DNA of 64,000 nt. Source: Takakia lepidozioides. Its lineage: Eukaryota > Plantae > Bryophyta. The stretch spans positions 34,968,001-35,032,000 of the forward strand of contig CM060732.1 in assembly GCA_030704615.1 (NCBI GenBank). Reading direction: 5' to 3'. Position 1 is the first letter of the stretch. Each line of letters opens with the position of its first letter. The notes below the pieces were generated by a model. The model did no database searches. It worked only from the letters and a program-made list of their open reading frames with translations, and had not been told where the DNA came from. The position numbers and the translations under genes are program-made. Shown here one piece after another: positions 24,560 to 36,700 of the stretch.

Positions 24560-25400
24560 AATATTGCGCGAGCACCTTGGGTATCGCATATGAAGGTGAA
24601 GCTGCAATTGTGTCATCCCCATAACATGGTCCTCAAAATGAAGTTGGGGTCGACCCTCGCCCCCCACTACACGCTGAAGCCACCAGTAGTGCCCCAATGG
24701 AGCTTAGGAGTGATGTACTGCCAGGACCGATTGACGTACGCAACCCTGTTCATACAAATGATGGTGTCGAACCCATTGTACAGTCGACGGGACGGAATCA
24801 TGCCTCACCGATACGACCAGCTTCACCACAATGCCAAAACCGATCCAGCTCCCCATCAACACAGCGGGCATTAAGGAGCAACAGGGTTGATCTGTTTTCC
24901 ACACACATGCATCATTATCTGCATTGAACCGGGCGGAAGTTGAAGCCTCGGATGATGACAACCTGCCACTACAATTCCACCTTAACTGACGTGTTGCGCA
25001 GCAGACCCGTGGTTCCTCACATGTCGGACCATCTCGGGCAGTCCCGCCTCTGGTACCTCCTTCGAGACCACCTTCGATTGCGTCCCAAGTCCGTAAACAA
25101 CAGAGAACAGTCCAACCTTTTGTAGGCGATCGGCCCACAAACAGGCCAGATACCGTGGATGGTATTCAAGACCGGAACGGGAGTCGACCTCAGAGAAAAC
25201 TAAATGTGGTTCGAGGTCGCTTGCAGATTCAAAGGCCTGGACATATGAGGCGGATAGGGATGACGATTCCAACACTGATCATGGCAACGGTGGTGAAGTC
25301 GAGGGTGACCCGGATTTTCAACCCATCGGAGCATTAGGATTATGATCTTCTTCGTTCCGTCGTCGAAGCAGTAGAAGGAATTGAAGCAAAACAGCTGTAG
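24560..25400 (+). pseudogene. Degraded Pro/Ser/Arg-rich 3' end of an unknown gene
   Basis: GC-rich coding-like frames with stops, followed by an AT-rich UTR with AATAAA at ~25511. Confidence 0.3.
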
Positions 25401-25619
25401 GCATGCATCCGCACTTTTTAGTGAACATGTTTATATTTCTGTACTGAAGTAATACCAATATGATCATTGTCACTATGAGTATTTGTATTGCTGTTGTGTA
25501 TGTGTTGGAAAATAAAAAATGTTGCCCATGTGTATACCAGCCAAAATGTCGGCCAAATGCACTGTCAGCTCATGTTTGTGTTCGGTGGAATGGAGAACAA
25601 TTGTGTCATGCTTCCAACT

Positions 25620-26817
25620 GTGCATTCATTTTTATTTAAATGGAGCGACTGCCAAGGTGGCGGTCACTTCTATTAAGTGTGACCTGCGCATGGAGCGAGG
25701 AGTGAGGCGGGGGGGAGGGGGGCATATAAGCTCCGAGACATTCTCCTCTCACTTCGCTTGAAGTTTTTTTTCTTTTAAATAATAAATGCAACGACCGCCA
25801 TTACTGACGGTCGTTTTTTTTTCTTTTTTTGGCGAAATGGAGCGACCGCCATGATGGCGGTCGCTTCTACGAGGTCTGCCCTGCGCGTGGAGCGAGGAAT
25901 GAAGCGGGGGGGGGATATAAGCACCCATTCATTCTCCTCTCACTTCCATTACTAGCAGTTTTTGTTTTTACAAAATGCAGCGACCGCCATTTGTGGCGGT
26001 CGCTGTGATGGTTATTTTTAAAGATGCAGCGACCGCCATTACTGGCGATCGCTTTTATTTTAATTATTTTGGAAATGAATCATCCGCCTATGTTGGCGGT
26101 CGCTTATTTTTTTAAATGTTTTGAAAATGAAGCGACCGCCTATGCTGGCAGTCGCTTATTTTTTTATTTTATTTTTTTAATGAAGCGACCGCCTATGTTG
26201 GCGGTCGCTTATTTTTTTTAAAGTTTTTGAAAATGAAGCGACCGCCTATGTTGGCGGTCGCTTATTTATTTTAAATGTTTTGAAAATGAAGCGACCGCCT
26301 ATGCTGGCGGTCGCTTATTTATTTTAATTTTTTAGAAATGAAGCGACCGCCTATGTTGGCGGTCGCTTATTTATTTTAAAGTTTTTGAAAATGAAGCGAC
26401 CGCCTTTGTTGGCTGTCGTTTATTTATTTTAAATATTTTGAAAATGAAGCAACCGCCTATGCTGGCGGTCGCTTATTTTTTTTAATTTTTTAAAAATGAA
26501 GCGACCGTCTATGTTGGCGGTCGCTTATTTTTTTTAATTTTTTGAAAATGAAGCGACCGCCAATGCTGGCGTCGCTTATTTTTTTTAATTTTTTAAAAAT
26601 GAAGCGACCACCTATGTTGGCGGTCGCTTATTTTTTTTAATTTTTTTAAAATGAAGCGACCGCCTATGTTGGCGGTCGCTTATTTTTTTTTTTTTTCGAA
26701 AAATGGAGCGACTGCCAGTTCTGGTGGTCGTTTATTTTTTTGTTTTCCGAAAAATCGAGCGACCGCAAAGTTGGCGATCATTTCTAGAAGATTCGCCCTG
26801 CACGTGGCCTAAGAAAT

Positions 26818-26857
<40 letters not shown>

Positions 26858-26900
26858 ATAAGCCAAGGGAGGCTTATTCTCCCCTCACTTCCTCTCCACA
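25620..26900 (+). promoter_or_regulatory. Three copies of a promoter module (palindrome - CCTGC.C.TGG - G-run - TATAAG - ATTCTCC.CTCACTT)
   Basis: Modules at ~25620-25757, 25838-25948 and 26756-26895 share order and sequence. The last one precedes the RING gene. Confidence 0.65.
25975..26782. repeat. Array of 16 palindromic units (AAGCGACCGCC-N6-GGCGGTCGCTT + T/A tract), period mostly 51-53 bp
   Basis: Unit starts include 26132, 26185, 26238, 26291, 26343, 26396, 26449, 26501, 26553, 26604, 26656, 26708 and 26759. Three more dispersed copies lie at ~25625, 25790 and 25842. Confidence 0.95.
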
Positions 26901-27177
26901 CAACTTCTGTGTGCGTGGCATTTCATTATTCCTCGACACGTAGTCACGTGGAGAAAGAGGCCATTGGTTGGGTGGGGGGTATTTTTTGCAGCGATTTCTG
27001 TGAGGTCGGTGCAGAATGCTCCCATATGCCCTCCTCTGGCTTCCAGGATCATTTTATTCTACAAAATTAGCTTTTAGGAAGTATTTTGACACTTACTCAA
27101 ACCTACTTAACGGGGGAAGGGTTTAGAGTTACGTCTTTTTAGAAAACCTCGTTTAGTGTTGCTCCGATTGTTGTAGA

Positions 27178-29096
27178 ATGACAGAGGCCCAGGACGATGA
27201 CTGTCATTGAAGAGATGACCCCAATGAACATGGACCGCCCTCTAAGAAAACCAAAGGGTCAAGGCAAGACTTGAATTGGGAAGTATTTGGTGACCCTAGT
27301 ATACTAGCAGAAGAAGGCTGGGAGGATGTTCCGGAAGAGTTCCGGTGGCCGATGGCGAGATGCAAAAAATTCGTGAAATGGTATCATATCAATCGATTGT
27401 GGTCTTTGGATAGACATGACGTGCAAACCCGAAACAATTACGCAGAGTCCAGGTCTTGCACGAACGATCATTTCTAGCATAGGGCGAATGAGGTACATTG
27501 CACATTGTGGGGTCAACCTCTCTTAAAGGGTCAAATCCCGTACACCTTGGCAGCCATGTTGTACGTGGAGGTGCGTCCAGTGAATTGACAAACTGCTAGT
27601 AGGAGGAACGCAAGGTTGCTTTACGATTTGGAGTACATCCCGGACACGTTCGGAATACAACCAGCTGCAACGTTAGAGGAACAACTGGCGGAAAGAGACG
27701 AGCGAATCAGGACCCTGCAGGACCGACTAGACTGGCAAACACTGCGCATAGCCAAGTTGGAAGCTACATTGCAAGACATGCCTCCAAACAATGAAGACAC
27801 TGTTGTCCACAATGAGGATCGAACAAACGTCGTGGACATGGACGCGGAGTTTGCGATGCCCGATCGCAGTATTGACCTCATCATTCAGGAAGTTACGGAC
27901 GTTCTTGACCCTGTGGCCGATGAAACCATGGTTGATGAACAACGAATTGCGGATGAGATAAGGAGGAAAAGAAAAGAACCAGTACTGGAAACCGGGGAAT
28001 GCTCGAGGGTCGTCATTCAATCGGAGATGAACTCGATATTAGATGTCGACCGCGTTACAAAGGAGCGGGACATTGTCATGGCAACTGCATGGCGCTTGTC
28101 CAAAACGCTGGAGATTCAGGCATGGGTCCCATTGAATGACGATTGGGAGAATTGGGTACAATGGGCGACCCATTTGGCCTCCAGAGAAGCACGGGTAGAG
28201 CGGGTACTGTCAGGCTTGCAACGTGTCGTACACATGTCGAACCGTAGCGTGGATAGCATTTATGCCAACATGCAAAGGTATAACAATCTCCGCATCGCAT
28301 CAAGCGTGTTCGCCGGGTATACCAATTGGGCAGATGTGGATTCTATGTTCGATCGATGTGAGCACAGAATTTTGGGGTCGAACAGAAGCATAAACTGGGA
28401 ATTGGAGATAGAGAAAGAGTGGGACACTACTAGAAGGATGACCAGCCACATCAAACCGGTCCAGAGGGAGGAGATACCACGAGCCGTTTTGCCGTCATGG
28501 ATATCAGATGGCACAGTTTGTTCGATGTGTAGGAATCCATACGGCCCAGAGGGATGTCATGTGCTTGGATCATGTTGACATATGTTCCATCTCACATGTC
28601 TTATCCCACAAGCCTTGCGGACGAGCGCTTGCCCAGAATGTTGTAAATTAATCCATCGCCGTTTCTATGAGTTGGTGGGCTTGGAGGATCGGATGCCCAT
28701 AGGTTTTGAATACAATCGACACAACCTCCCATTGGATGGGCTACCATACACATTTCTGAATTGTGTGCATTGGGGCAAGAACTTGGTATGGGATGCAGAC
28801 AGAAAGATACATGGCATACATACCGGAAACCCGACATACATCAAAAGATCCCCAATATTTCTGATTGGGATATAACCATACGTGCGGGAGGTATTCGAGA
28901 TTGGTGGGAGAGAGAGCAGTTTTGCCGCAATTTGGGAGGGCATTGGAGTCAAAGAAGGTCCAGGTTTATCCGGCTCCTACAGGTTCCATGGGTGCCGGAG
29001 GAGAACAAATTGTATGACCGACAACCGATTGAGAGACATTTGTTGTTGTCCGAACTGTATATGATTCTTGTCCTGGGTTTTTACATATGGGTATGA
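27178..29096 (+). pseudogene. Coiled-coil + RING-H2 zinc-finger protein (putative E3 ligase), inactivated
   Basis: One frame from ATG 27178 through ORFs 27271, 27616 and 28582, with in-frame stops. Coiled coil LEEQLAERDERIRTLQDRL. RING-H2 CSMC..C*HMFHLTC..CPEC at 28519-28641. Frameshift near 28850. Confidence 0.8.
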
Positions 29097-29259
29097 AAGG
29101 TGACAATGTCCAAGCTTCAAGCAACCTCCAAAGGCTGTATGAACTTTCTAGTTTTTTTCCAAGAAGAAATCAGTATTGGACCGGTATATAGGTCTAGGGC
29201 GGGTATCAACTAGGGTAAGGGTAATGGTACGAAGGATCATACCAGGCGGGTACCTGTAA

Positions 29260-31220
29260 GGGCCAGACCCGGAAATACCCTCGTGGGGTAGGATACATGG
29301 ACTTCAAAAAACCTGGCGCAAACCAGTCCATAAGACACCACAAAGAGGCAGTATAACACCGGTTACACCATGGCGGACAAGAGCAGCCCCCGCAATTACC
29401 CATACGGTGGAGAGTGGAGGAGAGGAAAGAACACCACAAAGAGCACGGATTGTGCAAGTTCGAAGCGAAGCCGGGGAGAGGGCAGTAGAGAGGGGGAGAA
29501 AGCTCGAGGTGGTTTCGCCGGTGGTTGACCATGTTGAGGAGGACGACACCGAGCTTTCTGACCAGGATGACATCCTCTCGGACATCCCCAGGCCCCAAAC
29601 CCGCAGCATACAGGCTGGATTTGGCGGTCCTGGTGGGCTGCCGGAGAACCCCTCTGCAGCAGACGTCATGTCAGAGGCGGATATGAAGTTGGCCGCTGCC
29701 AAGATGTTGGAGGCAACCCACAACAACATTGGCAGGGTGCTGGGGGGCATGGTGTACCCGGCCAAGCTTCGAATTCCCCTTTGCTGCTTGGTGTCATTGC
29801 AGGTGGTGAGACCTGCCCTCCCAGGCGATATCGACAAGCTGAAATTCTCTTTCCGGGATGGATATCGAATGGGGTTTGCCACGTTTTACGTTTCCATTGA
29901 GAACGACCACGGAGTTTCCCGTGCCCACACTTCCGATGAGGTGGACAAATGGGGTCCCCATTGGCAAAGGCGAAATGAGGAGTTCGAGAGATCGATTGCT
30001 ACTGATCCTCTTTTCCAGCACTTGTCCGGAAAGATGTTTTACGTGTGGGACGGCAATCATCGCCTCCTGGCATGGATGGAGCACATAGCCGAAGCCCACC
30101 CCAACGACCTCGATTGGCATTTCGCCGTGGAGTGTGTTGTGCTGAAGGTTGCGGATCCCAAAGATCGCAGTCTTCTCAAAGCTGCAATGGCAGACATCAA
30201 CTCGTAAGTTACAACGCCTCTTGCTTTTGGACCCAAAATTTGTAAGTCATTTCATTGCGAATCCTCATATTTGTTCAAAATTCCCATTTCAGTATTGTTT
30301 GATGGAAATGTGGCATTGCAGGGTGATTGAGAATGCCTTCATTGCCACCAACTTGTCCCATATGCTCTTCCGAGTGAAGGATGTCGGGAAGCAGGGGGTG
30401 CAAGAGTTTGCCAATTCGCTCAGTGCCGACCTCCTGCGCAAGTCGGAGGCAAAGGCAGACAGAACCTGGTATAGGCTGAGCATGGACGCCATGGTGGACT
30501 ACATATTTCGGGTAAAGCTCCTGACTGTTTTGTTGAGCTAATCTGTCTCTCCTCCCCCAATAGAAGAAAAAGTGTTGAGCAGGATCTCTAATCTTATGTG
30601 CGCATTCTTGACAGACGAAAATTCAGCAGGATTTGGCACATGCGCGGAGGTTCTACATGGAGTCAGAGGAGAAGAATCTAACCCTCCCGGCACTCGAATC
30701 ATATCTCAAAGCTGCGGAAGCCAGGGCCCGCATAAAGTACAAGTCGCGGATGGTAAAGTACGTCGCCATAGCTGATCCCGCCCTTAGTGCCGACTTTCTG
30801 GTGGAGGTGGGGAAGCACTACTCTCACGCTCTGAAGCCCACGATGACATTGGAGAAGCTCCATCGTCTAGCCACATCCTGTGTGGATGCAACAGAAAAGG
30901 TGATACATTCTTAACCAAATTGTGGTGGCAACAACTCGTTTTTGTGGTGTTTGGCGCTTACGAATATGCTGGGTGGTTGGACAGACCCGGTGGCTCCAAA
31001 TCTAGAATGGTTCCCAAAGTACAAGGGACATGTGGAGCTTCCCCAAACCGGACAAACTGTCTGACCCGACATTCGATATGTGGATGAACCGCATGACATG
31101 GTGGTTTCAGGTACTTCCCCACGCTTCGTTTGGCGCTTCTACTCTTGTAGGGGGTGGATTCATTGTATTTTTTCAGGAAAGCGAACACATAGTACCTATG
31201 CAAATAGGTTGGCTTTTCAT
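29260..31220 (+). CDS. Intron-containing ParB/Sulfiredoxin-like (DGNHR) domain protein, 3'-truncated
   Basis: IPLCCLVSLQVVRP..DIDKLKFSF..G..FYVWDGNHRLLAW (DGNHR at 30049-30063). Introns 30204-30321 and 30512-30614 (GT..AG) splice in frame. Further donors at 30900 and 31111. Start codon uncertain. Broken by the LINE at ~31290. Confidence 0.7.
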
Positions 31221-31289
31221 CTGACGACAACACTTGGCAAATTGAGGACGACCTCTTTGGCTCACATGATGACTGCACGACCTTGACCA

Positions 31290-32403
31290 CAACCTAACCC
31301 TCCTTATTGCCTTCCATAAACGTACCAACACCAACTACCTCACGCATACCCACCAATAGCATGTATCCCAAACCCAAACCCAGGATAGCCGTCATGTGTC
31401 TCACCCGCTGCTGGCTGCCAACATTCAAATTGACATCACTAAATGCAACCCCGACAAAGACGTTCTCCATGCCTCCCCCGCTATAGGCACAGGCCCCCGT
31501 ATGTCTACTGTTTATACCAACAACCTGCTAACAACGGTAGCTTCTTTGGCTCATTCCCAACGACACGATAGCCTGGCTCTGGGCCCGGTACTCCACCCGC
31601 ACCCTTCCTACTAGTCAACTACCCCCCCCCCCCCCCCCCGCCAAGATTTTGCTACCAAAGTATGCTGGCCCTGGAATGATACCTACGTGATATCCCCCCT
31701 AAGAAGCCACGTTCTCTGACCAAACTCTCCCAAGCATACACCCACAACACCATACCCACTGACATTCTTACCCTCCTCATCACCTCCTTCCAACTCACTC
31801 ATTCGTACTATTCTAGCCCGCTTACCTGGGCCATATGAATCTCCAACATTTTCCAGCCCTCACCCCAGAGACTGCATCTTTGGGGCCTCCGGCTCTGCCA
31901 CCCAACACTCATGGTCTGGCAGAGGGCTGGCCCACTCCCCCTCTGGACTCCACACCCAGGAAGCACTCAATGGGCCCACTTTGCGGCCCATACCTCCCTG
32001 ACATCTGTCATTATCCTCATCCTCACACAACACTAGCGCTCACCAGACAACCCACACCCCATACTACAACTTCCACCGGGAACCACACTCCTAGCCTCCA
32101 TAGAACCTGACTCTATTAAATACTCCCATAACCCACATTTCCCTAAATATCTCCGGCATACAGAACCCACCCTCACACTATTCCTACGTGTCAAACACAC
32201 ATCCTCTCCTCCCATACCACACACAATGCTCGCCAACCTTAAACATACACTCACACGTACTCATGGCCTCACGATCACCGTTGACCTAAACCTCACTCCT
32301 CACTCCCTATCCCACAGTCCAACTACCTATGTCAACAGACCAGCTCCCAAAATCAACCTAAGCAAAGCCTGGATCAGAGCACCCCCACGCCCCCCTCTTG
32401 CCC
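31290..32403 (+). pseudogene. C-rich LINE fragment containing a PCIF1/CAPAM-like motif
   Basis: C/A-rich coding strand like the LINE at 22368-23443. CNPDKD motif. 31781-31942 reads FQLTHSYYSSPLT../FSSPHPRDCIFGASGSATQHSWSGRGLAHSP across a frameshift. Confidence 0.55.
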
Positions 32404-33730
32404 CACTACTACGTTTAGGGGGGGTTTGCGATGCCCGGGCGTTGCACGTACCCTCTGCGACGCTCCCGCAAGGCTGCGACTCCTGGGAATTGCAACAATA
32501 CCCCCTCACACTTAGGCGCGTGGGGAGGGTCGAGCCAGCTCGCGCTGGGGTTTGCGACGTCCCGACGTCGCAGAAATGCCACATTGGCGACGTTGCGATT
32601 CCCCGCAGTCGCACGCCTGCTGGGGCGTCGCAAGTTCCCCTTTTGCCTGGGGGTCTAGGATTGGGGATTGCTGCTACGTAATAATTTTTTTTTGGCTGTG
32701 TTTTGTTCTGTGAATTCGACCCTTGCACCACTACATCCGTGCAAACTATTGGACCATATGCTTAATGACAGTCTTTGCAATGCTGGGAGTGAACAAAAAT
32801 CATTTGGACTGAAAACCATATTTTCTTCCCTCATTTGCACTTTGACGTTGAGTTCTTTTCAACTTCATGCACTCTCCATAGAGAGTTCCGCAATAGTGAG
32901 TGAAGGAAACCCTTTGTTTTTATTTTTGTTTTTGTTTGGTCCAATTTTTTCCATGGATGTAGTGGTTTGGGGTTTGCATTCACAGAACAAAATAGAGCTA
33001 AAACAAAAATTATTGCGTAGGAAAAATCCGCAATCATAGATATTGGAAATGTAGGGGGTTGCGACCTCCAAGGATCGCCTTGCGACGATATTGCGACAGC
33101 ATTGCGATGCCCCAACAGGTCTGCGACGGCGGGGAATCGCAATATTGCCTTTTCTGTGTTTTTGCAAAGGTCATGGCAGAGGCCAAGCTGAATGGATCCA
33201 TTGTTGCAAATCTTTTTAGTCCTCCTTCTGTGTAACAATATAATAGGTCTATCTTGCATGTGGGAGACCGTGATCAACCCGGGCGGCCTTATTGTTAAAG
33301 ACAAAGGGCAAGAAGAGGGGGTGGGGACACTAGGAAAGGAAAAGGGAAGGGCCATGGGATTAGAGGGTTGAGGGTAGATTGCTTTGGCAATGGCTTTGGC
33401 AACATTGTTGTCTTTCACACCAATTTCAAATATTCTTTCTGTTGCATCGAGATCATGGTAACCAAATCGATTGAAGGGTTTCCAGGGGTAAGTCTTGGTC
33501 AGCACTTGTAGAACAAGAACCATGTCTTCCAACATTCTTGCCCTTGTACAAAAACTCAACAATCCTAGAGTCACTTTTCGAGTCACAACTTCACTAAAAT
33601 CATTCCTAGATCGCCACACCTACAAAGGATTTTTTTCATGGATTTTTCATTAATCAATCATAGAAATAAGCTACATGCATGTACATGTACAAACAATCGA
33701 AGGGATGGGTACAGTTATGTGCGAGAATTA

Positions 33731-36700
33731 TTATGTAGCTTTGATTACGTGTCTAATCGACTTGAACATCATCATCTGGAGTTTCTTCGTCTTCATCAAG
33801 CTGTAAGTCTTCTTGCTCATCAGAGTCATTGTCATAAATGGCCTGGTCACCAAAAGGCACATCTGAATCATCTTCCACCTCGGTTTCAATGACCATGTCT
33901 TCATCTTCTTCTCCAACATCCGTATTTGATGGAGCCTCATCGTATAGGGTCCGGGAGGCATTGTCCGGGGCGTCATCATTCTCTTGTACCCCCTCTATCT
34001 AACCTCGGCCAAAATCAGCGTCATCATGACCAGTCTCTTCCTCCTCCGCATTTGCCTCGCCCCATGTAGATCCCCGACCATGATAGATACGAGGCTGAGC
34101 ATGCACAACCACCTTCAAATTTCCTGATCCGGAGAAGAAAACTTGCTCCATGTCTGAAGGCCATGAAAAAGGCTCATCGGAGGGACGATGAGTAGACTCG
34201 AGCCTATCTGTATTGACGCGCATAAAACCACACTCATCTTCCACTATTGTTGCGGATGGCCCCATAAGATGTGGCTGGAACCACCTTGTCTTGAAGATAA
34301 GAGGCTGGTGCCTTGTATACTGAAGTTGGAGTAAGCTCTCCAAAGTAGTTGAGTGTGTGGTAGGTCGTGTATCTCCCCTGCCCCACACGGAGTCTTGCCA
34401 ATATGAGGCACACAAGCCAGAATCAAACGTTGTTTTGCGCTTCATGTCAAGAGCATGAATGCGGAAATGACGACCATGAACCCAAACCGTCGTGTATGAG
34501 GTCGCAAATTGAGAGGGCAAATGTCTTGCACCAAATCTGAAACCACCTCACCTTTCGCAATGCTATCATCTACTTCAGTCCAAAGCCAATGGCGGAATGA
34601 ACTTAGAGGCTGCAATTCCATGGGCAATTCTTGTGAAGGCACATTCCTATGCCGGCCCCTTGCTCGCGGAGTGCGTGTAGTCGCCCTTGCATGGTTCCGC
34701 CTCCACGCAACCGTCTCCTCCTGTCGTTGTTGAACAAGGTTATTGTATCTTGCCTCCAACTCATGTATGGATGGGGTGTTCTTCAGTATGAACTCATGCG
34801 CTTGGTTAATCACCCTGATGGGTAATTTTACCCTATTTGAATTTTTGGGCAAAACGATGTCTTTGGTTCGTACATCCTCATCTTCCTTCCACATTGGAGG
34901 GGCTTCCTTATCCACCCTTGCCAAGTACTCCATGCAGTAGAACATAACCTCTTGCAATGTATACCCCTCCGCCATGCTACCCTCCGGGTGTGCCATTTGT
35001 CTTACATGTGCTTTCAAAGTCTTCATGTATCGCTCAAGGTAGTACATCCACCGAGAATGAACGGGGCCGGCAATCGAAGCCTCTTCCACTAAGTGCACTA
35101 CCAAGTGCACTTGGATGTCAAAGAAGGAGGGAGGAAGGTGCATCTCCAACATACACATGACCACCGCCGCCTCCTTTGGAGCAAATCCACCGGAACAATG
35201 CTCCTAATCTATAGACTGTCTCGCGAACCTCGGGAGTCCATGTCCCACATACTGCAATGGACAAGATGTCTTGCAATATATTGTGGTAGTCATGAGACTT
35301 CAAACCATGGACTCCCTCTTCGTTGAACTTCATACGGAGGGATGACCCATAACCAGTTGGTGTTCGGACAGCTCCTATGGTGGCTATCACTTTCTTGTAT
35401 TCCTCCTTTGTCCATTGCCAAGGTGCACGCCTATACTTCCACCGTACAACACCCTTTGGGTCCACACCATTTTCTTCTCCACAGACATTTCCTTCGGCCC
35501 ATAGATGGGGCATGCGACCCTGCTCCTCAAGTTTCTTTTCTAACACCGAGAGAATCTCCTTTCGCAGCCACTCCCTTCTTTGCCGGCGTGCCATGAAGAA
35601 CACGAGAAAGGGACGAGCAAACATTCTTCTCAATATGCATGGGATCTAGAAGATGACGAACCTTCAGGTCCTACACATATCCCCACCCACAAATTCTTAC
35701 ATGTCTATTTTGTCGTGAAAGTGACAATGAAAATCATACAAAACATGCAATATCACATGCATGCATAGCAATATTGATGGTGTTTTTGTGGAATATGTAC
35801 CGCCCAATATGACAACTCGTAGAAGATTGAAAGCCGCTTCATGCCGGACACCTCCACTTCACCGGACCCCTCCGGATGGGCCTCCTTCCATCGGTCTTCC
35901 CAAAAGAGCCCGGATGGTGTCACAGGTGGGGGACGTAACTCCACTTTGCCATCAAACAAGTGTTTGTCTTTTCTTCTCCAATGATGGCTCATAGGAAGAA
36001 ACTTGCGGTAGTTGGGATACACCATCTTGCGAAGATTGCTGGAGCTTTGTGCATCAAGTTCATCGCCACATGCAGGCATGCGTGGTACCCTTTAGTGCTC
36101 CAACCCCGAGCAAATAGTAAGTCCTGTAGACATTCCGCCACATTAGGAAAAACAAAAAGTTTACATGTGCATCTACCCCACTACGGTGCAGAAGACTGTC
36201 GCCGCTACTTCAATCAATCCCAATCCTCATCAATATCCCTTGACAGGTAAATGTACGTGGGTTTCTCATTGGGAACGTAATATACCTGGATAATCATACA
36301 TTGTCCAAAGCAAGATGCCTCTCATCTGAAAAGATTGTCCGTCCATAGGGTCAAGTGAAGCATCCAATGCCGGGACCCCCCTCCATAGCTCCTTCAGTTC
36401 ATCAACTAGAGGTCGCAAGTACGTGTCCATGTTTTTCACTTGTTTTTTCCCTATGAGACATTCACACCATTAATTGTTTCAATGCTCCACCATGCTAATT
36501 ATACTTCATAATGAATGACACATCTTACTACATGATTACGTCACTCATCAATCTTCCATCGGGCGCCAAAGAGAAGAAGATTAATGTAAAATCCAAAGTA
36601 ATAATAAGCATGAAATGGGAACACTCACCCGGTACAATGACAACCAACATGATATGGCCTTTTTTTTATTGAAAGATACGGAGGGATGTTGTAATTCACC

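Noticed and set aside
25975-26782. CRISPR array (palindromic repeat with regular spacing)
   Set aside because: The spacers are near-identical T/A tracts rather than unique sequences, there are no cas genes, and the context is eukaryotic.
12499-31290. Recent giant-virus or bacterial insertion/contamination
   Set aside because: No capsid, PolB, packaging ATPase or operon-like density is visible, and the ParB-like gene has in-frame spliceosomal introns. An ancient viral origin is not excluded.
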